Below, piece after piece: positions 27,506 to 36,101 of a DNA stretch of 64,000 nucleotides. The notes beneath the pieces are model-generated. The model did no database searches. It saw only the letters and a list, made by a program, of their open reading frames with translations, and had not been told where the DNA came from. Every line of letters starts with the position of its first letter. The stretch's first letter is position 1. The translations under genes were made by a program, and so were the position numbers. The stretch is from Flavobacteriales bacterium (GTDB lineage Bacteria > Bacteroidota > Bacteroidia > Flavobacteriales_D > CALLUQ01), in contig OY769938.1 in the NCBI GenBank assembly GCA_963669295.1, positions 2,286,394 to 2,350,393 of the forward strand, written 5' to 3'.

Positions 27506-28127
27506 GAGGTGCAAATAACTCGTCTATGGTTTCGTATTTCTGTAGATGTTTTACCTGAATTCCCGCCTTGATGGCTGTGGTGATGTGCATGGCAGTATCA
27601 TCAATAAATAATGTTTCAGACGGGACAAGCTTCTGCGACCGTAGTACGTATTGAAATATTTTAGGGTCAGGTTTGCTCAATTGCAATTGATATGAGTAAA
27701 ACTCTTTTTCGAACAATGGAGTTAGTGTATCTAATCCGTGCACTTCCTTTAATTGTGCATTGATTTGTTCCATGTGTATGGCATTGGTGTTGCTGAGCAG
27801 AAACAGGCGATACTTTTTATTTAACGTTTTGAGCAATTCAATGCGAGGTGCGGGAATATCGATTAACATGACGTTCCATGCATTGATGATGTCATTATCT
27901 GTTAAATTATTGCCCAGCATTTTCATGCGATTGATAAACTGCTCAGGGGTGATCTCTCCATGTTCAATCATGCGGTACAACCCTTCGCGCCTCAACTGCT
28001 CGCGGATCATTTCAAAGTTGGGGTAATCCAACTGTTTAAAGGCTTCAAGTGTACGGTCAGGGTCAATGTTGATGATAACACCTCCAAGGTCGAAAATAAT
28101 GTTTTTGATGCCATTCAATAATTCCAT
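27495..28127 (-). CDS. HAD-superfamily hydrolase (subfamily IA-like)
   Basis: Start moved to ATG 28127. Motif I is IIFDLGGVII, later LLSNTN and FIDD. The stop overlaps the mtnA start by 11 nt. Confidence 0.75.
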   Translation of the reverse strand: MELLNGIKNIIFDLGGVIINIDPDRTLEAFKQLDYPNFEMIREQLRREGLYRMIEHGEITPEQFINRMKMLGNNLTDNDIINAWNVMLIDIPAPRIELLKTLNKKYRLFLLSNTNAIHMEQINAQLKEVHGLDTLTPLFEKEFYSYQLQLSKPDPKIFQYVLRSQKLVPSETLFIDDTAMHITTAIKAGIQVKHLQKYETIDELFAPHED

Positions 28128-28230
28128 TCTGCTACCGTTTTTACTGCATGTAAAGATGGTAAAATTTTTAAGAAATGCTTTGTTTTTCGCCTTGGCAACA
28201 ATACATTTGCAGTCCTTTGCCATTTAGGCA

Positions 28231-28304
28231 GGGCCTATAGCTCAGCTGGTTAGAGCACCTGACTCATAATCAGGGGGTCCCAGGTTCGAGCCCTGGTGGG
28301 CCCA
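28231..28304 (+). tRNA. tRNA-Met (anticodon CAT), elongator-type; tRNA-Ile2(lysidine) not excluded
   Basis: Manual cloverleaf: GGGCCTA-TA-GCTC-AGCTGGTTA-GAGC-A-CCTGA-CTCATAA-TCAGG-GGGTC-CCAGG-TTCGAGC-CCTGG-TGGGCCC-A. 74 nt, no encoded CCA. Confidence 0.9.
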
Positions 28305-28319
28305 CACTTTACAAAAGCA

Positions 28320-28357
28320 AAAGCCTTTAAGTCAGCGACTTAAAGGCTTTTCTTTTT
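28320..28357 (+). terminator. rho-independent terminator after the tRNA
   Basis: 14-bp stem AAAGCCTTTAAGTC / GACTTAAAGGCTTT followed by a T-rich run. Confidence 0.75.
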
Positions 28358-28555
28358 CTACTGCACAAAAACCGAACAAGATATTATCAAAATCAGAACT
28401 GTGGCAGATGCCAAGGTTTACAAACTACAGAAAAGTCTGTTTCCCTGTGCAAATCATACGTCCAGTAACTACCAATAATATTGTTTGCATGTATTTCGCT
28501 GATGCTAAACAATCTATATTTAACATTAAAACATTACATATATATTTATTTTCCC

Positions 28556-28563
28556 TATATTTG
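28556..28563 (+). promoter_or_regulatory. Bacteroidota -7 box (TAnnTTTG)
   Basis: TATATTTG, 20 nt upstream of ATG 28583. Confidence 0.4.
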
Positions 28564-28582
28564 TATAAATATAGTATTCAGC

Positions 28583-28813
28583 ATGAGTAAAACCACTAGA
28601 AGAGAGCGTTTTGAGAAAGTAGCAGCGCGAAGAACACAGAATATTCTTGACTCACTCGATAGTCTTTCTAAGTGTAGTAACAGAAATAACTATGAATATT
28701 CTGAAGAGGACATAAAGAAAATGATAAGAGCGATTAGGGAAAAATTAACACAAACAGAATCAGCGTTTGATAATGAAATAAGTAAGTCAAAAAAAAACCA
28801 ATTTAAGTTTTAG
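28583..28813 (+). CDS. small basic hypothetical protein, partner of the GHKL ATPase
   Basis: 76 aa (MSKTTRRERFEKVAARRTQNIL...). Its stop TAG overlaps the GTG of the next ORF (TAGTG). The upstream part of the tracked ORF is low-complexity and was dropped. Confidence 0.5.
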   Translation: MSKTTRRERFEKVAARRTQNILDSLDSLSKCSNRNNYEYSEEDIKKMIRAIREKLTQTESAFDNEISKSKKNQFKF

Positions 28814-31290
28814 TGCCAATGGACAGTAAAGAGATCTTTTTAAAAATTTTCAATTCCAAAGATGAAATTGAATTGGGAGAGTTTATAGACAGTGAATCAA
28901 CTCTTTTTGATGATGATAATTGGAAACCACTTGGAGAAAATTATAGCAATTATGGTGTAGTTAAGAATCAACAATCTAATCCAATTGCAGCACTAATTGA
29001 AAAGGTGACTAATTCAATTGATGCTATTTTAACAAAACAGTGTTTGGAAAATGGAATAAACCCTAAATCAGATGAGGCTCCAAGATCTATGGAAGATGCT
29101 ATTAATCAATTCTTCCCTGATAATTCAAACTGGGACCTTCAGAGTTTTAGAAAGGCGCAATCAGAGAATATTCAGGTAATTGCAGATGGAAAAGGTCCTC
29201 GTACCCAAAAAAGGCAATATCCAACATCAGTTATTATTTATGATAATGGAGAAGGCCAACATCCAGAAGACTTTGAAAGAACCTTCTTATCGCTACTCCG
29301 TGGAAATAAAAACGACATTCATTTCGTGCAAGGAAAGTATAATATGGGTGGATCTGGCGCTATCGTCTTTTGTGGTAAAAGAAGGTATCAACTTATAGCA
29401 TCAAGGCGATATGATAAAACAGGAGACTTCGGCTATACACTGATTCGAGAACATCCAAAAAAAACAACAGATCAAGCGAAAGAGACTTGGTACGAATACT
29501 GGATTCCTGATGGCATTATTCCTTGTTTTAGCATTGGCACTATGGATCTAGGTCTAAGCAACAAGAAATTTGAAACAGGAACTTTGATCAAACTATACTC
29601 TTATCAATTCCCTAAAGGGTATTCTGGATTTGCACAAGATTTGAATCAAAGTATTAATGAATTTTTATTCTCGCCTGCTCTACCCATATTGACTAAAGAT
29701 ACTGCTGAAAGATATCCAAATAATAAAGTTCTTGAAAATGATCTATTTGGACTAAAAAGAAGATTACAGAAGGAAGAAGATGATTATCTAGATACAAAAT
29801 TCTCTGAAACCTACAATGATGATTTATTTGGAGAAATGAAAGTATCTTGTTTTGTCTTCAAGGTAAAAGTAAAGGAGTTTGACATAAAAAAAACTAGGGA
29901 AGAGATTCAAAGGAGATACTTCAAAAATAACATGAATGTATTGTTCTCAATGAATGGACAAGTTCATGGTTATTATACCTCTGAGTTTATTACTCGTTCT
30001 CTGAAATTAAACTTGCTTAAAAATCACCTTCTTATTCATGTCGATTGTACAAACATGAAATATGAGTTTCGAAAGGAACTATTTATGGCTTCTAGAGATA
30101 GGCTTAAAGATGGCGAAGAGACTCAACTATTAAGACAGTATCTAGCAAAAAAGCTTGGTGCAACTGGTGGTAGATTATCAGAAATTCAAAAATTGAGAAA
30201 GCAGGCCGTTAATGTAGATACTTCTTCAAATACAAGTCAGCTTATCAAAGACTTTACTAAGAATCTTCCGATTAATTCGGATCTAATGAAGTTACTTGGC
30301 GACACATTCAAACTTGATTTAAAAAAAGAGAAAAAAGCAAAGAAGGCAGACCCAAAAAAGCCATCTAAACAAAAAGAAGAAATTCCTTTTCAACCTGAAC
30401 GATTTCCTTCTCAATTCAAAATTAATTCTAAATCAAAAGGAGATACTGAAGTTGCCAAAATCCCCATTAACGGAGAAAAGACAATAAAATTTGACACGGA
30501 TGTTGAGAATGATTATTTCGACAGAACTAGCGAACCTGGAGAACTTAAGATAGGGGTCTTAAATATTAAATCGAATGATGTCACAGGAGGAACTGCTCCT
30601 GGAGAACCAAAAGAGATATCAGACATATTCAATGTAAATAAAAGTAGTCCTAACAAGGGAACTATAAAATTAAGTTTAAATCCAAAGGAGAAGTTAAGTG
30701 TAGGAGATGCTGTTCAGTTAAAAGTATCTCTAACAGCACCTGGAGGTGATTTTGATGAAATCTTTTGGGTCAAAATTACAGACCCTGAAAAAGCCAAGGA
30801 ACCTTCGCCAAAAGTTGAAGACGACAACGAACCATTAGGATTACCAAATATGATATTTGCATATCAGAATAAGGAAGGCAAGGATGAAAACGCTGTTGAT
30901 TGGGAAGCGGTTGGCAATGCTACTAGCCAAGAAATGGACATTAAAACAGTAATGGTCCCAGATGCTTCAGGAGATAATCTTAATGGTATTTATGTTAATA
31001 TGGATAGTGCTGTTCTAAAAAGCTTTCTTTCTAGATATAAGAATCCTAACTCTGAACAAATTCAAATAGCCAATAGAAAGTACTATACCTCCGTCTATTT
31101 CCATACATTGTTTCTCTATACAATCACAAAAAATCGAGGATATGAAATTCAAAGAAAGATGGAGCAAACCGACAAATATGATCATGTAGACATTGCAGAG
31201 TACCTAATGGACTTATTTGATCATTATTACTCAACTTTTATCTTAAATTTTGGTGGCATGGAAGAAATGATGCAGGGTATTGGAGACTAA
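28813..31290 (+). CDS. GHKL (Bergerat-fold) ATPase domain protein, MORC/MutL-like N-terminus, unknown C-terminal region
   Basis: N box EKVTNSIDA (28999-29025), G1 box IIYDNGEGQ, G2 box GKYNMGGSG. Lys-rich linker (KKEKKAKKADPKKPSKQK). 825 aa. Alternative ATG start at 28819. Confidence 0.65.
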   Translation: MPMDSKEIFLKIFNSKDEIELGEFIDSESTLFDDDNWKPLGENYSNYGVVKNQQSNPIAALIEKVTNSIDAILTKQCLENGINPKSDEAPRSMEDAINQFFPDNSNWDLQSFRKAQSENIQVIADGKGPRTQKRQYPTSVIIYDNGEGQHPEDFERTFLSLLRGNKNDIHFVQGKYNMGGSGAIVFCGKRRYQLIASRRYDKTGDFGYTLIREHPKKTTDQAKETWYEYWIPDGIIPCFSIGTMDLGLSNKKFETGTLIKLYSYQFPKGYSGFAQDLNQSINEFLFSPALPILTKDTAERYPNNKVLENDLFGLKRRLQKEEDDYLDTKFSETYNDDLFGEMKVSCFVFKVKVKEFDIKKTREEIQRRYFKNNMNVLFSMNGQVHGYYTSEFITRSLKLNLLKNHLLIHVDCTNMKYEFRKELFMASRDRLKDGEETQLLRQYLAKKLGATGGRLSEIQKLRKQAVNVDTSSNTSQLIKDFTKNLPINSDLMKLLGDTFKLDLKKEKKAKKADPKKPSKQKEEIPFQPERFPSQFKINSKSKGDTEVAKIPINGEKTIKFDTDVENDYFDRTSEPGELKIGVLNIKSNDVTGGTAPGEPKEISDIFNVNKSSPNKGTIKLSLNPKEKLSVGDAVQLKVSLTAPGGDFDEIFWVKITDPEKAKEPSPKVEDDNEPLGLPNMIFAYQNKEGKDENAVDWEAVGNATSQEMDIKTVMVPDASGDNLNGIYVNMDSAVLKSFLSRYKNPNSEQIQIANRKYYTSVYFHTLFLYTITKNRGYEIQRKMEQTDKYDHVDIAEYLMDLFDHYYSTFILNFGGMEEMMQGIGD

Positions 31291-31295
31291 AATGT

Positions 31296-32213
31296 CTATA
31301 TCTTATATACATTTTCTAAATCTTTACGATATGTCTTGATTTTGTCTAATAGGCTTATTGAATTTGCTTCCATATCGAATACATTATTAAAACTGTGGAT
31401 CAAATCAAAAATGCTTTTGTTCTTTCTTTTGTTTTGAGAAAAATAATCTTTGAGCTCATTTATTCCATTAAAGTCGTAATTGTGAAGTTTCGAAATTAAC
31501 ACGTTCAAATTTGTCATAAACGTTTTATTTCTGAGCAGTGATACCGATAGGGTTTCCCTCAGTCCTCTCAACTTCTTTTCCAATACCACCACCTCATGTG
31601 CATACTCTGAAAATAGGTTGCTTAATATACGATCAAGTTGCTTTCTCGTAAAATTATCATCTATTCTATAGAGTAGAACGAGCAAATCGGCAGTATCTTC
31701 TATGTGTCCAATTTGTTGGTGTAGATAAAATGAGGAGAATTGCTCCTTAGCTGGATAATCATCTGTATGAAAATAAAGTTTGGTTGGAACAAATCCGTTG
31801 GGATGATTTTTAGACAATTTATATCGACTCAAAAACAGCGATAATGCAGCCGAATAAAACTCCCCATTGCTTTTTGAATAGCCAGATAACTTTTGAACTG
31901 TTCTAAAAAAATCTTCACCAAATTCATATTGAATTTCGCTATCAAGTTTTTGATTACTCCTAAAAACATTCAGTACCTTATCGATTTCTTCTTTCCTCTC
32001 TCTGACCTGAGAATTATCATTCCCCTTTTTCGTACCATACTTATCAATTCTATCATACACATTAGCACATACTTCATTAAATACTTTCTGACATAAATAG
32101 AAATCAATATTCTTAAGTTTTTTAATCAGGAAATCGTCCTCATCAATATGAATTAAATTGATGACCGAACATGCATCTAAGACACAAGTTATTTGATTCA
32201 ATCCTCCTTCCAT
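31296..32213 (-). CDS. PIN-like nuclease domain protein (putative), last gene of the Ssp-like operon
   Basis: Acidic PIN-type positions read by eye: CVLDACSVINL (D13), VFNEV (E47), NGEFYSAALSL (E118), FHTDDYPA (D151/152). Its start overlaps the upstream ATPase gene by 16 nt. Confidence 0.4.
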   Translation of the reverse strand: MEGGLNQITCVLDACSVINLIHIDEDDFLIKKLKNIDFYLCQKVFNEVCANVYDRIDKYGTKKGNDNSQVRERKEEIDKVLNVFRSNQKLDSEIQYEFGEDFFRTVQKLSGYSKSNGEFYSAALSLFLSRYKLSKNHPNGFVPTKLYFHTDDYPAKEQFSSFYLHQQIGHIEDTADLLVLLYRIDDNFTRKQLDRILSNLFSEYAHEVVVLEKKLRGLRETLSVSLLRNKTFMTNLNVLISKLHNYDFNGINELKDYFSQNKRKNKSIFDLIHSFNNVFDMEANSISLLDKIKTYRKDLENVYKI

Positions 32214-33316
32214 CCAATTATTTCATCTTTATTATCTTCAAAAAATTCAATTTTAATTGGAGCATCAATCTCATCTAAATCAGCTAATTCTAATAGAAGT
32301 GAAAATGCCTCATTAAAAGAACGAAGGGAAGCATTACCTTTTTCTTCAATTACCTTATCAACCAATTTTTCATCAAAAGGAAAGTATTCATTTCCATCAT
32401 TCCCTTCTCGGTATGACTTGAGTAAATCCACTAAATACAGTTTAAATTGTTCTTCTGTCGGCAAATCAAATTCAATACGTTCTTTTATTCTTGATTTAAC
32501 GGCTTCAGTAAGATATTCCCCCAAATCCTCAAGACCAAATAAGGCAGTTTGAGTTAAGTTTAAAAACATTAATAAGTTATTTGGAGTATTATCTAATATT
32601 TCCCTCAAAAAATTATTTGTTTTATCAATGTTAGAACTACTTAATATAGCTAAATCTTCAAACTCATCAAACCAAATTATTACGGTTGAAAACACCTTTT
32701 TTTCAAATGTCAAGCATGTGAATATTCCTGCTAGAAGTTTTGTATAATCACTATCTGAATTTAATTGTCTTAGAATTCCATATTCATTCAAATCCTTTAA
32801 TTCTGTATTTGTAATATTTCCATACAAATACTTCTTTAATAATGAGATATCGCTCACATTTTCATCAAATATTGCCTTTAACACACTTGTTATTTGCATA
32901 TTATCGCTGATGTCCTCAATAAATGGTAGTACTTGGACATTAGCTTCTTTAAAAGATGAACGTATCTCCTCTATGTTTAACTTATCGATAACAGCAGTAT
33001 AGATGTTATACACAGGGTCCTTTCCTTTAGGTAGAGTTATTACCATTGAGTACGGTAATGATGAATCTAAACTATCTGAAAGGGATTTCAATTCAGATTG
33101 TTTATTGAAAAACCGTGCTGCATGTGTTTTTCCACTTCCATACTCTCCCCAATTTAATACTAAGCTAGAATTTGGGATTCGAATACTTCTCTTGATTCTC
33201 TTCTCGAACTTTTCTTTTGTTTCTGAAAATCCAGCCCAAACTAAATCTTCTGAACTAGTAGCTGGTGTTATTCTGAAAGGGTTCGTTTTTAACTTATACT
33301 TTTCTTTGAAACTCAT
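32198..33316 (-). CDS. AAA+/ORC-Cdc6-style P-loop ATPase (uncharacterised)
   Basis: Walker A GEYGSGKT, Walker B VIIWFDEFEDL. ATGA start/stop overlap with the upstream gene at 33313-33316. Confidence 0.6.
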   Translation of the reverse strand: MSFKEKYKLKTNPFRITPATSSEDLVWAGFSETKEKFEKRIKRSIRIPNSSLVLNWGEYGSGKTHAARFFNKQSELKSLSDSLDSSLPYSMVITLPKGKDPVYNIYTAVIDKLNIEEIRSSFKEANVQVLPFIEDISDNMQITSVLKAIFDENVSDISLLKKYLYGNITNTELKDLNEYGILRQLNSDSDYTKLLAGIFTCLTFEKKVFSTVIIWFDEFEDLAILSSSNIDKTNNFLREILDNTPNNLLMFLNLTQTALFGLEDLGEYLTEAVKSRIKERIEFDLPTEEQFKLYLVDLLKSYREGNDGNEYFPFDEKLVDKVIEEKGNASLRSFNEAFSLLLELADLDEIDAPIKIEFFEDNKDEIIGWKED

Positions 33317-34986
33317 TTTAATATTTTTTGAATGTACCCATCCCCATACTGTTTTTGAAACTTGTATATGAATAAATCTTGTTCTTTACTTTTTAGATAA
33401 TTTACTATGAATTGATGCCCTACTTTTATGTTGTGAGTTAAGTACAATTTGTACTTGGCATATGTAATCGCTTGAGACGCAGTAACTCGATTTGGTGCTA
33501 AGGTCTTAAAGTATTTAAAACTGTCCATGAGACATGAAATCGTATTAGACACAACTTCATTTTTAGATATTTCTGTCTTTTCACCATTATAAATATCATC
33601 ATACATATGTACCATGAAACGGTTTAAAAAATCATTTGGTGACACTACTCTGGACCAATTGATGTCATTCCAATAACAGATATGACTGAATAATTTCACC
33701 CCTTTATTAGAAAGCTTCAAATTCAATCTTAAATCAATTTCAATTAACTCTAAATCATACAGCCAGTTAAGTCGAGGCATAAGAACGTGTTCTAGATATA
33801 CCTCTGGATTCTTCCAGTTTTGAATTCTATCTATGATTCTCTTCAATTCTTTATATTCTGCACTGTTCTTCTCAAACCAAAATAAATCGCTTAATTGTTT
33901 TAGTCTTTTTAATAGTAATTGCTGAAATGATTTTAGAAGTATTTGAAAGCTAGATTTCCTATTGAGTTTTAAATGCTCCAGGATAATAGAAGTATATAAG
34001 AAATCTTCTCTTAAGATTGTTTCAAGAAAAAACAGCTTGTCCAGTTTTGCTAAAGCAAAAGCATTTTCCGACTTAACTCCTAACTCTTTATTTAATGCAC
34101 CAAATACCTTAAAAAGTTTCCCAGAAGAATAAACATTGTTTAAAAGATTCAGAAACCCAAGGTCTTTGGCTACCTCAATATATGGCGCAGCAGAAGTACC
34201 ATTCTTTGTTACCTTAATTAGTCCTTTGTCGTTCTTATACTGACCTAGTTGAGTTCTATATTCCTCAACAAATCTTTCAAACTTTTTATTAATAAAATTA
34301 GAGGGTACTTTTTCCTGTTCTTGTAGAAACTTGAGAAGGAGTTTGAAGTATCCAAGTCTTCGAACTTTTGTGTTTGTGTTGAGAATGGACAATCTTCGAT
34401 TATCAGGAATTTTCTCGTAATTTTTGTAGAATACCCAATAAAACTCCGGAGGAGTATAACTATCATTAGCGAACCTTAATTTATCAATAACTTCATTGTA
34501 GAAATTTGAATTTGAAATGTAAGAATCAGCTATATGTATCTCGAAAATATAGTTTGGTTCAGTATCACAAAACGCTGCGGCATCAAAATCTTCGTTATAT
34601 CCTTCATTTTGAGATACAAAATATTCTTTGACCGAATCTTGATCTATTTCTTGTATAATTTGAATTGCTTCATACATTTTATTACATATAGAAAATGGTT
34701 CCGAATAATCAATTATATCATTTCTATAGCCTAAGTATTCGCTAGAGCCTATATATGAAGCAGACGGTTCAAGTCTAGAAAACTCTTCAAGTTCTTTTTC
34801 TGAAAGACTTCTATAAAAGAGGTCTTCTTCTATTTGTTCTGAAGTCCCCGAAGGAAGATCAAATACTATTTCATACTCGGTAAAATCAAATAGTAACCTA
34901 TCATTCCGTAGAAGTGAAGTATCATTAGAAAACTGATTCAATATTTTATAAACCTCAATCATTTCTATACAAAACATGTAATACAA
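33313..34986 (-). CDS. hypothetical protein (about 550 aa, no recognisable motif)
   Basis: Long uninterrupted ORF. Candidate starts are TTG 34986, ATG 34977 or ATG 34962, all within or 2 nt from the SspD-like stop at 34965. Confidence 0.6.
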   Translation of the reverse strand: MYYMFCIEMIEVYKILNQFSNDTSLLRNDRLLFDFTEYEIVFDLPSGTSEQIEEDLFYRSLSEKELEEFSRLEPSASYIGSSEYLGYRNDIIDYSEPFSICNKMYEAIQIIQEIDQDSVKEYFVSQNEGYNEDFDAAAFCDTEPNYIFEIHIADSYISNSNFYNEVIDKLRFANDSYTPPEFYWVFYKNYEKIPDNRRLSILNTNTKVRRLGYFKLLLKFLQEQEKVPSNFINKKFERFVEEYRTQLGQYKNDKGLIKVTKNGTSAAPYIEVAKDLGFLNLLNNVYSSGKLFKVFGALNKELGVKSENAFALAKLDKLFFLETILREDFLYTSIILEHLKLNRKSSFQILLKSFQQLLLKRLKQLSDLFWFEKNSAEYKELKRIIDRIQNWKNPEVYLEHVLMPRLNWLYDLELIEIDLRLNLKLSNKGVKLFSHICYWNDINWSRVVSPNDFLNRFMVHMYDDIYNGEKTEISKNEVVSNTISCLMDSFKYFKTLAPNRVTASQAITYAKYKLYLTHNIKVGHQFIVNYLKSKEQDLFIYKFQKQYGDGYIQKILK

Positions 34987-36101
34987 CCTTCTTCTGTATC
35001 ATCTAAAATATCCAAAAGGAATTTTGAGCCTTTCGACTTTTCACGTCCTTTTCTATTCAAGTGCTCACGTTTAATAGATTCAATACGACTAGCCTCTTTT
35101 AACTCTTCAAGTGATTCATATTGGTTCCAAGTAAATGTCTCGTCAATATTCTCATAGTGCATCGCCTGTTCATACAAATCAGGGTGTTGTTCATACAACC
35201 ACACCCATTCAATTTTTTGCTGAAAAAAACAGAAGAAACAACCTGATCTGCTTCTTGCATACTCTCCTTTTTGCCCATCAACTTCATACTCTATTTTATT
35301 GTAGTATGCAGGAACTCCTACTCCACTTTCTTCAAGAATTCGAAAAATATCATCTCGCACTAGAATGTCTTCATTTTCAAGTAATGGAAAACTGTCTTCT
35401 ATAGACAAAGCATAATTGGTAGTCTTCAGAAAATCATAAATCACTCTATTCATTCCACTTATGGAAATATCAAGACAAGTATCGATTTTCTTATGTAGAT
35501 TCTTCTGTGCAACAATTCTTTCATTGAAATTAGTTGATACTTCAATGTCGAGCGCCTTTTTGAACTTATCAAGACTTTCTATTCCTTGTATGGTTTGAAA
35601 TAAATCTAATGCTTTTGATTGATTATCAGAATGAAAAAACTTCGTCCAAACATCCTCACTCCAAATGTTTCTTCGAAAAGGAAAAATTGATTGTATGTTC
35701 TCCTTTTTAGAAACATATCCTTCCCTACTTTCATCACCTCTAATACCCACATATGACACCGTAGGAGCTGTTCCAACATATTTTTCAAATGGCTGTAACT
35801 TCATCATGTTTGTACACCATCTAGCTTGAGGAGAAGGAAGGTAGCCTTTGAATATTTTATAGAAATAATCAAATGGGTTTTCCGAGCTTTTTTCAGCTTC
35901 TTCAGCAATAAGACGCTTTATCTTTTTCCCGAGATAAGACTCCAAATTGTCAATCAATTGATAAGTTTCATCAAGCTCTTTTCCAGTATCACAACAATAG
36001 TAGTCGAACTCTATTTGTGGATATTTATCTCGCAAATAAATTGCCAATGCTGCACTATCCTTTCCTCCTGATATTCCTAATACATGTCGGGCTTTACTCA
36101 T
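34965..36101 (-). CDS. PAPS reductase/PP-loop ATP pyrophosphatase family protein (SspD/DndC-like)
   Basis: PP-loop GISGGKDSAA, ARWCTNMMKLQP, C-terminal SRSGCFFCFFQ cysteine motif. 8-nt overlap with the upstream ATPase gene. Confidence 0.75.
   Translation of the reverse strand: MSKARHVLGISGGKDSAALAIYLRDKYPQIEFDYYCCDTGKELDETYQLIDNLESYLGKKIKRLIAEEAEKSSENPFDYFYKIFKGYLPSPQARWCTNMMKLQPFEKYVGTAPTVSYVGIRGDESREGYVSKKENIQSIFPFRRNIWSEDVWTKFFHSDNQSKALDLFQTIQGIESLDKFKKALDIEVSTNFNERIVAQKNLHKKIDTCLDISISGMNRVIYDFLKTTNYALSIEDSFPLLENEDILVRDDIFRILEESGVGVPAYYNKIEYEVDGQKGEYARSRSGCFFCFFQQKIEWVWLYEQHPDLYEQAMHYENIDETFTWNQYESLEELKEASRIESIKREHLNRKGREKSKGSKFLLDILDDTEEGCITCFV

Noticed and set aside
28231-28304. Whether the CAT-anticodon tRNA is the initiator tRNA-fMet.
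   Set aside because: The anticodon stem is CCTGA/TCAGG, lacking the three consecutive G-C pairs. Position 1-72 is a G-C pair rather than the initiator mismatch. Elongator Met (or lysidine-modified Ile2) is more likely, and the sequence alone cannot separate those two.
28789-28797. An A9 homopolymer near the end of the small ORF, just upstream of the GHKL gene. I considered a -1 programmed frameshift or phase-variable fusion of the two ORFs.
   Set aside because: In the GHKL reading frame a TAA stop occurs at 28804-28806, between the A-run and the GTG/ATG start. A frameshift therefore cannot fuse the proteins. Slippage would only alter the last 5 residues of the small protein.
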